From a virus (taxonomy: Duplodnaviria > Caudoviricetes): a DNA stretch of 64,000 nucleotides. The notes under the pieces are model-generated. The model was not told the DNA's origin and ran no database searches. It saw nothing but the letters and a program-made list of their open reading frames with translations. The translations under genes and the position numbers were made by a program. Shown here in pieces: positions 41,296 through 51,276 of this stretch; within the stretch, counting starts at the first letter, position 1, and each line of letters opens with the position of its first letter. The DNA lies in the IMG/VR virus record IMGVR_UViG_2921473944_000002, positions 1-64,000 of that record. One strand, written 5' to 3'.

Positions 41296-42324
41296 CTACA
41301 AATCTCCTAAACCTTTCTGCTCTGGAGCAACAATATCGCCATCTTTAAAGTACATTCCTATCTGTTCATCAGCGTCAATATCCTTATATAGTTGCACCAT
41401 ATCAGATGATTCCCACGCAACGATGCTCTGAATTACTCCGTCCGGTATTCCTGCCTTTGCGAGGCTAGTTGTGAAATAATGACGCAGACTGTGAATATAT
41501 GCAGGCTTGCCTGATAATCTTGAGAATGTGTTTGACCAACTATTGATGGTTGAAATTTGGATATGTTCTTTTGGATTTTTAGCATCCGGGAATAACCATT
41601 CACTATCTCCATATTTGTCCAATCGTATATTTCGCCACATGTCGAGATAAGGTTTGAATTTTTTGGCGAGAGTGTAGCAGTTAATCATTTTCCCGCCGCT
41701 TTTACCCTTGGTTTTGATTGGATCGCTCTTGTAAAGAGCACCATCGCATACTAATTTATCATTATTAAAATCAGAAATTTTAAACCTGCATAGTTCTGAT
41801 TTGCGTCTACCGCTATACATGGCAAGCGCAAGATAGCAGGCTTTCTCGTAATCTTTACGCTCAACTAATTTATTTAGCAGCGATTCAAGTTCTGAGTCTT
41901 CCCAAACCGTTTTTTCTCTAACAGGTTTATTTGCAGGGCTTTCTACTTTATTAATAATGTTCCTAAAGTTTGGAAATTCATCATCGAGAATATTTTCAAT
42001 AAAGTTACTCATTGATGAGAGAGAAGCTTTTAGTCTTCTGATTCTTGCTGGACTATTTTCATTTGAATTGAGCAGCCAATTCTGATAAGCAACAACATTT
42101 CTTTTTGTCCAACTTACAAAGAATGCGTTGTTGTTATGTTGCAAACACCATACAAATGCAATTTGAATGTCGTTTTCATATCCTGCAATTGTTGTTTCGC
42201 TTCTTTGAACCGAGCGAAGATAGTCCTTGAAGTCTTCAAGCAACTGTGTGTTTTCTGGATTCACTTGCGCCAGAAGCTCTTGGCTAGTGATAGAGTTCAT
42301 TTTCGTCTTACGTCCCATGCGCAA
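41296..42324 (-). CDS. tyrosine recombinase
   Basis: SGRRKSE, KTKG, HSLRH and terminal Tyr (MVQLY). Confidence 0.85.
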   Translation of the reverse strand: MRMGRKTKMNSITSQELLAQVNPENTQLLEDFKDYLRSVQRSETTIAGYENDIQIAFVWCLQHNNNAFFVSWTKRNVVAYQNWLLNSNENSPARIRRLKASLSSMSNFIENILDDEFPNFRNIINKVESPANKPVREKTVWEDSELESLLNKLVERKDYEKACYLALAMYSGRRKSELCRFKISDFNNDKLVCDGALYKSDPIKTKGKSGGKMINCYTLAKKFKPYLDMWRNIRLDKYGDSEWLFPDAKNPKEHIQISTINSWSNTFSRLSGKPAYIHSLRHYFTTSLAKAGIPDGVIQSIVAWESSDMVQLYKDIDADEQIGMYFKDGDIVAPEQKGLGDL

Positions 42325-42347
42325 GCACCTCCTTTACTATTATTGAA

Positions 42348-42430
42348 TGGGAAGTGATGGAGTCGAACCACCCGAGCCGTTAAGCAACAGATTTACAGTC
42401 TGCACCGCTACCTCTACGGGATAACTTCCC
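42348..42430 (-). tRNA. tRNA-Tyr (GTA)
   Basis: GGGAAGT acceptor, CAGA-CTGTAAA-TCTG anticodon arm, long variable arm, GGTTCGACTCC T-arm. Confidence 0.92.
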
Positions 42431-42449
42431 AAAAAGAAAACCGGGGTAT

Positions 42450-42555
42450 TACACAACTCCGGTTTTATCTGCTATGTAGTTTTTAAATCAATGTCATAAT
42501 GATACACAACTCCGGTTTTATCTGCTATGTAGTTTTTAAATCAATGTCATAATGA
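42450..42555. repeat. 53-bp perfect tandem duplication
   Basis: 42450-42502 is identical to 42503-42555. Confidence 0.9.
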
Positions 42556-43733
42556 CACACAATTCCTGTGTCATCACAGACACATACCATCTGTTCTGGC
42601 GTACCATAAATTCTCTTTTGAACACAGAAATCATCTACGCCCATAAAACTTCCAGCCATAACAGTCTTGATTCCTTGTATTGATTCAACTCTATTATGAT
42701 GAAGGTGTCCAGATAGAATCGCATATACGGGTTTGCCAGCCAATGTTTGTAATGACTGCACTTTAGCAGCAGATCCGTCATAGTCACCATGTATGCCGAG
42801 ATATGTCTTTCCTCGGATATCGATGGTATACATTGTTTCATCAATCTTGTCATCCATCACAAAAACGTTATCGAAATTCTGCAGTCTCGCCTTGATATAC
42901 CATTCAACAAGATCATCTAACCGTTCGGTATGGAGAGAAGTTTCTTTATTAGGAGAAATTCTGCTGTGATTGCCAGCTACACTAATGAACGATACTGTGT
43001 TAAAATGTTTGCTTAGTTCTGCCAAAAACGTAGAAATTAGTTCAGATACACCAGTAATCTGTTGAATCACATTTTCTTTATTTGTAACCGCAATAGAATA
43101 GTGGATATTCCCGGAAATTAGATCGCCGTTCGCCCATACGATGCAATTTTCACTTGTATGTCTTTTCCCTATCTCGATGATACGGTCAAGATACGTGTTC
43201 ATCATTTCTGCACATATATCAGAATTGTATACATTCCATGCATTACGAATATTTGCTCCATAATGAACATCGTTCATACTTACAAGCAAATCATTGCCGG
43301 AGTGAATAATATCATGTGATTTGTATTCAAGTCCTTTCATACCACCAGACAAAATCGCACCAGTAAGAATTTCGTTTAGTTCTTCTTGTCTTGACCGTTC
43401 TCTAATAGAACGATTAAGTGCTGTTCTTTGGTCATATACCTTTTGCCTTTCCTTACGAAGCTCCAGTATTTTGGTATCTATTTCTGATACCATATCTTCA
43501 TCACTGATAGAAGCAGCGCGTGTACTATCAATGAGTTCCAGTGTTTTGCGACTCCCATACATCATACGACGTGCAACATCACTAGAATAAGGTTGACCAT
43601 AGACTTTTTCCGATAGTTCGACATAATCAACATCCGAAAGCGTCCGATCAACAAGTTTGCCATAAATAAGTCGCTTATGATAATCCATAAGCGACTCTTG
43701 TGGTTGTTGTTCTATATTCATATTGATAAGCAC
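42525..43733 (-). CDS. calcineurin-like metallophosphoesterase
   Basis: DVHYG, GDLI, GNH, HGD and GHLH motifs. Confidence 0.85.
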   Translation of the reverse strand: MLINMNIEQQPQESLMDYHKRLIYGKLVDRTLSDVDYVELSEKVYGQPYSSDVARRMMYGSRKTLELIDSTRAASISDEDMVSEIDTKILELRKERQKVYDQRTALNRSIRERSRQEELNEILTGAILSGGMKGLEYKSHDIIHSGNDLLVSMNDVHYGANIRNAWNVYNSDICAEMMNTYLDRIIEIGKRHTSENCIVWANGDLISGNIHYSIAVTNKENVIQQITGVSELISTFLAELSKHFNTVSFISVAGNHSRISPNKETSLHTERLDDLVEWYIKARLQNFDNVFVMDDKIDETMYTIDIRGKTYLGIHGDYDGSAAKVQSLQTLAGKPVYAILSGHLHHNRVESIQGIKTVMAGSFMGVDDFCVQKRIYGTPEQMVCVCDDTGIVCHYDIDLKTT

Positions 43734-43913
43734 CTACCCTTCGGCGCACACTTTATACTCATTGCGGTACGCTTTTAAAAACTCCATGATTTTATCGGAC
43801 TCCTCACAGAAATAATGATGTCTTCCGGGTTTATTTTTCATGGTTCTTCGGATATGCGCTTTTGGAAAGTGCTGTAAAATAGCTTCCTTTTCAACCTTTG
43901 ATACTCTAACCAT
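43734..43913 (-). CDS. 59-aa basic hypothetical protein (MVRVSKVE...), not in the ORF track
   Basis: Read manually; AAGGAG RBS. Confidence 0.55.
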   Translation of the reverse strand: MVRVSKVEKEAILQHFPKAHIRRTMKNKPGRHHYFCEESDKIMEFLKAYRNEYKVCAEG

Positions 43914-44058
43914 TTTTGATTCTCCTTTAACTCTTGTATTTATAGAACGTCACGTTCATATATTCCCTTCATACAAGCATCTCATCAAATCCCTATAATT
44001 GGTTGAGTATCAATAAGTTACAAGGTATAGCAAATTTATATCATGCTAAAAAAATAAT

Positions 44059-44847
44059 TTACACATCCGTATTTTTCCTTCTCATTATGTAGTTTACACG
44101 CTGTTGAACGGCTATTTCTGATGCGCAGGCTTTGCAGAACTTTTGTTTTCGCCCTTTATCTGGGTCTGAGTATTTTACGGTTATACCGCAATTTTCGCAT
44201 TCAAAGTACGGGTTATGTCTGTGTTTCCTGTATTTATATTTCATGTACTGGTATCCTAAATTACGAAAATCAGATATTGACAATACAGTAGGAGAGCAGT
44301 CATCGGAAACGAAACATACACGCACATTTGTGTTATCTATGCGTTTTGAGAAACGAAGAAGTCCTGCATCTTTAAGCATCCCGTATAGTAGGCATTGCCT
44401 TTTAATAGATGTATTAACATTAGCAAGTGCCATAATCTCATTATCCTTGTTGTTAACCCAGTAATCAGTTTCTGGTGATACAGTATACCAATATTTTGCA
44501 AGGCATAGTAATGTAAAAGCGAGCCGTTCTATTTGCACGCCACCAAGAGATTCTATCAATTTCAGTTCGTTTTCATAAATATCGATATGGTCGATATCTA
44601 CGGCTTCGTACTTGAAAGCACTTGATACGGCATATTCCAGAGCAGCGTCCCATTTTGGTAACGATGCAAGCGGATCGCATTGCAATAAGAAGATATCCAG
44701 TCTCTGACGCACTTCCTTTTTTTTGTCGTATCCGTTATCTATGTAATATCTAGCAATCCGACGCAATGTTTCGGATGGTTTCTTTCCTAATGATTTGGAC
44801 TGAATCATGTTTTCAGCCCAATCATTTTCTTTTAATACAATACTCAT
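44059..44847 (-). CDS. hypothetical protein with C-terminal zinc ribbon
   Basis: CENCG...FCKAC; coupled to the RNAP gene. Confidence 0.65.
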   Translation of the reverse strand: MSIVLKENDWAENMIQSKSLGKKPSETLRRIARYYIDNGYDKKKEVRQRLDIFLLQCDPLASLPKWDAALEYAVSSAFKYEAVDIDHIDIYENELKLIESLGGVQIERLAFTLLCLAKYWYTVSPETDYWVNNKDNEIMALANVNTSIKRQCLLYGMLKDAGLLRFSKRIDNTNVRVCFVSDDCSPTVLSISDFRNLGYQYMKYKYRKHRHNPYFECENCGITVKYSDPDKGRKQKFCKACASEIAVQQRVNYIMRRKNTDV

Positions 44848-47591
44848 TCGTTCACCTCTAATTTCTTTGATACTATTTCAAATCTTTCGCCACAATATTT
44901 AATAGTTCCGTTAGATGCCAGTGTTGGGAAGCTAATTGTGTAATCATGGTTTAGTAGTAAATTATGTATAATTTCAGAACCGCACATATTCCATGCAAAT
45001 CTTTTGGAAGAGCTTTTTTGATAGCATAAATCCAAAACAATATTGCATAATGCAGATTCATTCTGGCAGATAATATCGCAAGATTTACGAAATTCTGCGT
45101 TCATTTCAGATAGCTCAGTAAATGCATCGTATTTATCTATCTTTTCGCTTTGTGCAAATACAGCATAGCTCTGCATCTTTTTATTGTAATCTTCATATAG
45201 CTTTTTGATTGCCTTGAATTGAGTCGTTGTATATTCCTCAGAAGGATTCTTCATAATAGTGTAATCAAACTTAATTTTAGAAGTGTGTTTTCTGATGTAC
45301 CCATCGAACTCTTGTTCAAATCGTCTGCATATTTTATTCATAACACAGTCTCCGGTTCCGACTGGCATTCGATAATCATAATACCTCAAGAAATCGGACT
45401 GTCGTTCTGTCAGTTCATTTGCTGGCAGCGATCTTAATTCATCAACCGTTAGTTGGAATTCTCGAAGGCAATTACGGTTTGTATTTTTTATGTATTGGTT
45501 GTATTGCTTCATAAGAGCGGGATAAATATATCGCATAAAGTATGGTTTTTTATCTGCCACAATGTTCCGATAGAACTCTCTAGTCACATCATCTTCAATC
45601 TTATTAGCTGCATGTCTGTCATGCCATGTGCGTGGCATTGGCTTACAAATAATACCCTTTGCCTTATCAATAGCATTCTGCTGATATAACTGACCGCATC
45701 TGATACGATAGGAGAGTGTGTCGTATTCAACACTTCCTTTTGGATGATGAGAGCGAACCTCAAACATCGATGTGATATAGTTTGTTGTCTGTCCAATGTC
45801 ATTACCAAAGCTTTCGATATTAGAGCGTACAAAATCATCTTCAGTAGGAATTGTCTTAGCTGCCTTTCGTTGAGCGCACATAAGAGCTGGAAGTGGTTCT
45901 AATTTCTCAACCAAAATTCTATTATCGCTCAGCATAACAAGGTCACCATCAAAATCCATTCCATTCAGAGCAGCTGCTGCAGTATCCCATGCATTAAAAA
46001 CCGTACATGTTTGCATATATCGATACCAATAATTCGCATCTGGATGATGAATTGGATGTACTAACCGGATGTTATTATGGCAAGTCATAGGCGCACGAAA
46101 ACATGCAAGTTTTTCCGCACCGGAATCTTTCCAATATTTGTTATACACTTCTCCAGATTTAAGGAGCCCGGTTATATTTAATCCAAACATACTCTGGCAT
46201 AAGGCATACGGGTCTCCGGATACAATGGAGTAGTTTCCATGCACTTTGAGTACACCTACTTTGGCTTCATCGATACGGTTCTTAATGAGCTGGTACACGG
46301 CATTCTGTATAAATGGGTCATCAATCATGCGCTCATCAATCATAATGGCTTTTACGAAGTCATCGTCTAAGTTTCTTATATTAGACTCATTCATTCCAAT
46401 GCCCTTTAGAAACAGAACTGTTTTTCGCCAATCACCGTGAAGGACATCCTTGATCTCATTCATCGTAGGGGCAATTAGTTCTTCAATCTCATCGTCAGAT
46501 AAATCGTAACTCTGAATGAACTGATAGTTTAAAGAATGTTCACTCTCTAATTCTTTCGGGCATGTCTTAGCAATTCCGAATGTATATCCATTGGATAGTG
46601 AATTCTGTACATAAGATTCGCAGCTATCATAGCTGTCCCAGAGCTTTACCATAGAAGTAGTGAGAATTAACTCTACGTCACGCACATCGAAATCATTTCC
46701 CCATGCATCTTTGATAATGTACTTGCCTCCGGCAATCTTTTCTGCAAAATCTACATAATCAAAAGTGAAAGCCATTCCCTTTTCAAATGAAAATCGCGTG
46801 TTAGCTCCGCTGACTGTGTAGTCAAGTCCAAGTTCTTTGCTCCAGCGTTCTGCGAGCGACGGGAGCATCATACCGAAACCATCTGATGCATCAAGATCAA
46901 CCTTTTGCTGTTTTTGTAAATCCATTGTTGGCTCACCGTCACATTCATCGGTCAGGTATACGATATCTGATAAGAAAGATGTCTCGCAATCATCTACAAC
47001 GGCAATTCCTTTAGGAAAAGAAACAGGAGTAGAAGCACTACATGTAAGAGCTTGATATGCTTCGAGTTTTGCTGTAACCAGTTCTTTTTCTGGATTGCGT
47101 CCATTAGAGATTCTGCGGTGTAATTCGTCTGCGACATTTTCACTGACAAATACAATAGTGCTGTTTTTAATCCCTCCGTTTGTGCCAAGTAGTCGTCGGT
47201 ATTTTACACCATTAATCTGAAACCCTTTGATAGCACGGTAGTAATCCTTTTCTTTATCGATAATCAACGTAACGTAATCTGCTTTATATTGTAATTGATC
47301 CAGCTCGTCATACAGTCTCCTAACGGCATGTCTGTTTTTTACACTATTCGTAGCAGTACGCAGACTACGAATTTCTTCTTTGATTTTCTTAGCTTTAGCA
47401 TCGGCGTCCGTAATATTGTTTAAAGAATCAATCCAACGCAATGTTTGGCTGTCTGCAAGTGATATCACCTCTTCATTTCTTCGCGCCTCTTCAATTGGAA
47501 GAGTTAGCCGCCAACGATGCTTGCGAAGACGGCTACTATGTAGTTTGTAAATAAATTTCTGACAAGTAAGTTGCTTGCTAATTTTAAACAC
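44844..47591 (-). CDS. YonO-like single-subunit RNA polymerase (double-psi beta-barrel, RdRP-related)
   Basis: DASDGFG, FEKG, FRAP and catalytic GMDFDGD; QNAIDKAKG. Confidence 0.85.
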   Translation of the reverse strand: MFKISKQLTCQKFIYKLHSSRLRKHRWRLTLPIEEARRNEEVISLADSQTLRWIDSLNNITDADAKAKKIKEEIRSLRTATNSVKNRHAVRRLYDELDQLQYKADYVTLIIDKEKDYYRAIKGFQINGVKYRRLLGTNGGIKNSTIVFVSENVADELHRRISNGRNPEKELVTAKLEAYQALTCSASTPVSFPKGIAVVDDCETSFLSDIVYLTDECDGEPTMDLQKQQKVDLDASDGFGMMLPSLAERWSKELGLDYTVSGANTRFSFEKGMAFTFDYVDFAEKIAGGKYIIKDAWGNDFDVRDVELILTTSMVKLWDSYDSCESYVQNSLSNGYTFGIAKTCPKELESEHSLNYQFIQSYDLSDDEIEELIAPTMNEIKDVLHGDWRKTVLFLKGIGMNESNIRNLDDDFVKAIMIDERMIDDPFIQNAVYQLIKNRIDEAKVGVLKVHGNYSIVSGDPYALCQSMFGLNITGLLKSGEVYNKYWKDSGAEKLACFRAPMTCHNNIRLVHPIHHPDANYWYRYMQTCTVFNAWDTAAAALNGMDFDGDLVMLSDNRILVEKLEPLPALMCAQRKAAKTIPTEDDFVRSNIESFGNDIGQTTNYITSMFEVRSHHPKGSVEYDTLSYRIRCGQLYQQNAIDKAKGIICKPMPRTWHDRHAANKIEDDVTREFYRNIVADKKPYFMRYIYPALMKQYNQYIKNTNRNCLREFQLTVDELRSLPANELTERQSDFLRYYDYRMPVGTGDCVMNKICRRFEQEFDGYIRKHTSKIKFDYTIMKNPSEEYTTTQFKAIKKLYEDYNKKMQSYAVFAQSEKIDKYDAFTELSEMNAEFRKSCDIICQNESALCNIVLDLCYQKSSSKRFAWNMCGSEIIHNLLLNHDYTISFPTLASNGTIKYCGERFEIVSKKLEVNE

Positions 47592-47629
47592 CTCATTTCA
47601 AGTAAATTATCTTATTAGCATGATAAGTT

Positions 47630-47812
47630 TTAATTATTGAATTCGTAGATATATTCACGCCATGCTATCTCGAATTCATTGCGACCGTCTTCGACTAAAC
47701 GCTCTATGATAGCATCTGTCAGCGTATCCTCATCAGCAGGATAGAAGTCCTCACATGCTGTTGCTTCCCTACAGGTTTCGTTATATACACAGTTTTCACA
47801 TTTATGACTCAT
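47630..47812 (-). CDS. small Cys-containing protein
   Basis: ORF with GGAGG RBS. Confidence 0.5.
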   Translation of the reverse strand: MSHKCENCVYNETCREATACEDFYPADEDTLTDAIIERLVEDGRNEFEIAWREYIYEFNN

Positions 47813-49049
47813 TGATTAAATTTCCTCCTTGTATTGTTTCTTCAATCCAATTTTCTAGCAGATTTCTCATTCGCCTGCTTGGTATGTATAAATATATTTC
47901 GTCGCCGTCACGAATGGCGGAGCGCCAGATCCACTGTACCATAATGGACAAAGCATACATATCGTCGTCCGCTTCGATGCCGTGTTTATGATAGAATGTC
48001 TTTTCTCCAACATTCATAAAAAGGTTGACGAGATAGATCATGTAATGGCGGTTCCGGTATTCATTCGTCGCTTTCATATTGAATCGTAGGAACGACCTTG
48101 TATATCCTTTGCCGCTTATCTTGCATCTGCAGTCATTGAATGTTCCCCACATCTTTTCACCGGCTGGAGCATTTCTCCAAATATTATTGATGCAGTTGTT
48201 CACATTATTTTTGAGCTGCTCTACATTATCCTCATCTCTGCCGAACCAGCTCATTGATAGTGCATGATAATTATCCCCGATGCTGTTCATCCTATCGTTA
48301 TCCAGAATATGAATCATGTCTTTTAAATGGCAGACATATTCCGGCGTGTATCCCGGGTACTCGCAAAAACGATATTGCCCCGAGTCTGTTTTTTGGATAC
48401 CAATGTATTCGTATGGCAGTTGATACATCTGCAAGAAATGATGAAGTGACTGCCCTTTAAATATGTATGTTAGTATAATCACATCTTTGAAAGCCGTGAT
48501 GAGCTCTGGCGGCAGTACCCAGTAGAAGAGGTGCGTGCCAGCACTGTCTTCCATTTGAATTAACTGGCGAACTTTCAGGAATTGCCGAAGCTCGTGATAA
48601 AGCCTTCCATTATAATCTTCCTTTGCAAGATAATAGGTATCTTCGTCCCGGATAATTAGTCCAGAGTCAATTGCCAACTGGATATCATCTGGATGGAAAT
48701 CATATTTCTCCAAAACATCTACATTCTCATCGATAATTAGTCGATACCCGTATTCGCGGATATCGTCAAGCATATCTTCCGTATATCGCTTAAATGCCTG
48801 ATGCGTGGTTGTAATATTCTTTCCTTGTTTAATAAGAGCAGCAGTATGCTCACTCTTTTTAAATCCATACTGTTTCAGCTTATCGCTTGGCTCTACGAAA
48901 TGCATTGCCTTACATCCTTTTTTAATTCGATCAGCCTCTTCCAAGTACGGTGTGATGTATATGAACTTTTCGTTCTGATGCTCGTTCATATACGTGATAG
49001 CAGCACTGGATTTGCCAGTACCCATAATTGCATCACAAACTTGGATCAT
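47802..49049 (-). CDS. SF2 helicase-like P-loop protein
   Basis: DAIMGTGKS, LIIDE, QWIWRSAIR. Confidence 0.7.
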   Translation of the reverse strand: MIQVCDAIMGTGKSSAAITYMNEHQNEKFIYITPYLEEADRIKKGCKAMHFVEPSDKLKQYGFKKSEHTAALIKQGKNITTTHQAFKRYTEDMLDDIREYGYRLIIDENVDVLEKYDFHPDDIQLAIDSGLIIRDEDTYYLAKEDYNGRLYHELRQFLKVRQLIQMEDSAGTHLFYWVLPPELITAFKDVIILTYIFKGQSLHHFLQMYQLPYEYIGIQKTDSGQYRFCEYPGYTPEYVCHLKDMIHILDNDRMNSIGDNYHALSMSWFGRDEDNVEQLKNNVNNCINNIWRNAPAGEKMWGTFNDCRCKISGKGYTRSFLRFNMKATNEYRNRHYMIYLVNLFMNVGEKTFYHKHGIEADDDMYALSIMVQWIWRSAIRDGDEIYLYIPSRRMRNLLENWIEETIQGGNLINES

Positions 49050-49233
49050 TTCAAACCTCCTTTTTACGATTTATTTTTTTGATTTTACAACCTAAAAGTT
49101 GTAACTCATTTCTTAACCCGTTGATACTCAATGTGTTGCAAGGTGGTTCCTAACAACTATAGAAAAACACCATCTTTGCTTTTGATACAACGCTATTTGA
49201 TAGAGCATTACATGCACAGCGGATTCTACATTG

Positions 49234-49363
49234 TAAATAATTTAATTAGCATTATAATCCAAAAAATAAAATCTGCAGTTGAATATGAAGCAGATTATTT
49301 ATTTAGCATTATTATACCATTATTTGCTTGATGTGTCAATACATAAATAATTTAATTAGCATG
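49234..49363. promoter_or_regulatory. three copies of a 20-bp operator-like motif (TAAATWATNNNWTTAGCATG)
   Basis: Copies at 49234, 49291 and 49344; further copies at 2191, 4181, 34156, 47603 and inverted at 44042. Confidence 0.7.
49311..49339 (-). promoter_or_regulatory. consensus sigma70/sigmaA promoter for the helicase-RNAP operon
   Basis: TTGACA-17 bp-TATAAT with extended TG on the minus strand. Confidence 0.85.
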
Positions 49364-49685
49364 TAAAAAGCATCTAATTATTTTGCGGGATCAGGCTCGC
49401 TGGTTACCGTCTTTTCTTATTGGATAGGTAATATTGATAATCAATAGAAGCATAAGAAAATCCAATAACCAGCGGTGAGCCTAAGTGAAAATAAGGCTGA
49501 TTTTGGGAGTTTAAGCTGTATGTGGGAGATGAAGCGACTTCCTTATAATAGCAATAGACAGCAAGCAAAAATACCATAACCACGGGGCTATGTGATATAG
49601 TGGGAAAAGAGAACATAGAAATAAGGACTTCCAAAAAGTTTACCTTACGGGTTACGGTTAGAAAATGAAACGTTATAGAATTAGC

Positions 49686-49715
49686 TTGACATTTTTAAAT
49701 GTTTCATGTTATTGT
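49686..49715 (+). promoter_or_regulatory. putative rightward promoter
   Basis: TTGACA-18 bp-TATTGT with extended TG. Confidence 0.5.
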
Positions 49716-49807
49716 ATAGTTCCAAGATATATTTTTTATCTTGACAACAACCACAATAACATTTAAACCAGTGCAACAGCACACCACAAGAAAAGGAGAC
49801 AAGCGAA

Positions 49808-50956
49808 ATGACAAAACAGCAGACAGCAACAACCACAACATTCGAAACTTTATTAGTGGATTTCTGTAATGAATACAGAAAAGACAGTAACAGCGAAAAA
49901 TTTACAGCAGTAGCGACAGACCTTGCAACGGCGGTTACATTCTCTGTACTTCGAAAATGTTTAGACCCACAAGCGAAAAGCGATAAACCTAGTAACAGTG
50001 GTTGCAATCCACAACTTGACGAAGTGAAAAGAAGTATTTACAGAGATACGAAAACACTTAAAAACATTGACTACAGTTGTAAAAAAGCATTTGTAACAGT
50101 GTACAACGAAGACGGAGACAGACAGACGAAGACAGCAGACAGTGACTACAGACATGCATATAACAAACTAACACAGCAGACACTTGGAGACGGTCTTGAC
50201 CTTGTAAACACTGCAATCGTTTCACTATTGGATGAATGCACGAAAGTAGACACAACAACAGAGAACTTTCTTGAAACTGCATACACGGTGCGAAGACTTA
50301 AAAAGAAAGTTTGGATAAAAGTTGAAGACAGCGTAAATGGTTGGGAAACGGTGGAAACTTCACCGATTAGAGAAGTTTATAAGGCAGTACGTAGAGAAGT
50401 AGCGAACAATCGTTCTTTAAATATTGGCCCGTCAAATGGTTATATGTATCTTGAAGACCTTGCAAGGGATGAAGAAAGCAACGAAGAAACAACCATTTAC
50501 AGACGTTTAAACAAGTTTAGTGATTTAGCAGGAAACGTGACAGATTTTAATGGGGCGGTCAAGTTTGAAACGGTAGACGGTGCAAGCGTTACAGACTATG
50601 ACACAATGGTAGAAAGATTGGAACTAACCACAAGACAAGCGAAAGTATTAGAATTAAGAATGGGCGGCTATGGATATGATGCAATAGCCACATATTTAGG
50701 CATACACAAACAGAGTGTCAAAAACGTGTTGGAAAACATTCAGAAAAAAGCGATTGAAAAACTTGAACTTTCTGACTACTTAATTAAGACATTGACGGCA
50801 ACACCAACAACAGCGAAAAAGAAATTGACAGACGAAGACAAAAAGACAATAGAACTGTTGTTCGCTGATGGTCATTCTATGAAATTCATTGCAGACCGTT
50901 TCAATATTTCAAAAATGACAGTCAGCAGAGTTATAAACGGACGAAAAGACAGATAA
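49808..50956 (+). CDS. DNA-binding regulator with sigma-region-4/LuxR-like HTH and a second C-terminal HTH
   Basis: LTTRQAKVLELR...YDAIATYLGI and LTDEDKKTI...KFIADRFNISKMTVSRV. Confidence 0.7.
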   Translation: MTKQQTATTTTFETLLVDFCNEYRKDSNSEKFTAVATDLATAVTFSVLRKCLDPQAKSDKPSNSGCNPQLDEVKRSIYRDTKTLKNIDYSCKKAFVTVYNEDGDRQTKTADSDYRHAYNKLTQQTLGDGLDLVNTAIVSLLDECTKVDTTTENFLETAYTVRRLKKKVWIKVEDSVNGWETVETSPIREVYKAVRREVANNRSLNIGPSNGYMYLEDLARDEESNEETTIYRRLNKFSDLAGNVTDFNGAVKFETVDGASVTDYDTMVERLELTTRQAKVLELRMGGYGYDAIATYLGIHKQSVKNVLENIQKKAIEKLELSDYLIKTLTATPTTAKKKLTDEDKKTIELLFADGHSMKFIADRFNISKMTVSRVINGRKDR

Positions 50957-50967
50957 TAAAAGCATTT

Positions 50968-50995
50968 AGGGCGGTACAATAACCGCCCTTTTTTA
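50968..50995 (+). terminator. intrinsic terminator
   Basis: AGGGCGGT-loop-ACCGCCCT followed by a T-run. Confidence 0.8.
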
Positions 50996-51022
50996 TTTTG
51001 GATAACGTCCAAAAAGTAACCC

Positions 51023-51276
51023 GTGGAAACACGACAGACAACCGCCCAACGTGGTTTACCTTACGGGTTACGGTTGTAGGTGTGGAAACACGACAGACAA
51101 CCGCCCAACGTGGTTTACCTTACGGGTTACGGTTGTAGGTGTGGAAACACGACAGACAACCGCCCAACGTGGTTTACCTTACGGGTTACGGTTGTAGGTG
51201 TGGAAACACGACAGACAACCGCCCAACGTGGTTTACCTTACGGGTTACGGTTGTAGGTGTGGAAACACGACAGACA
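51023..51276. repeat. 59-bp perfect tandem repeat, 4.3 copies
   Basis: Unit GTGGAAACACGACAGACAACCGCCCAACGTGGTTTACCTTACGGGTTACGGTTGTAGGT starting at 51023, 51082, 51141, 51200, plus a partial copy at 51259. Confidence 0.95.

Noticed and set aside
51023-51276. CRISPR array
   Set aside because: The units are fully identical with no unique spacers, and there are no cas genes.
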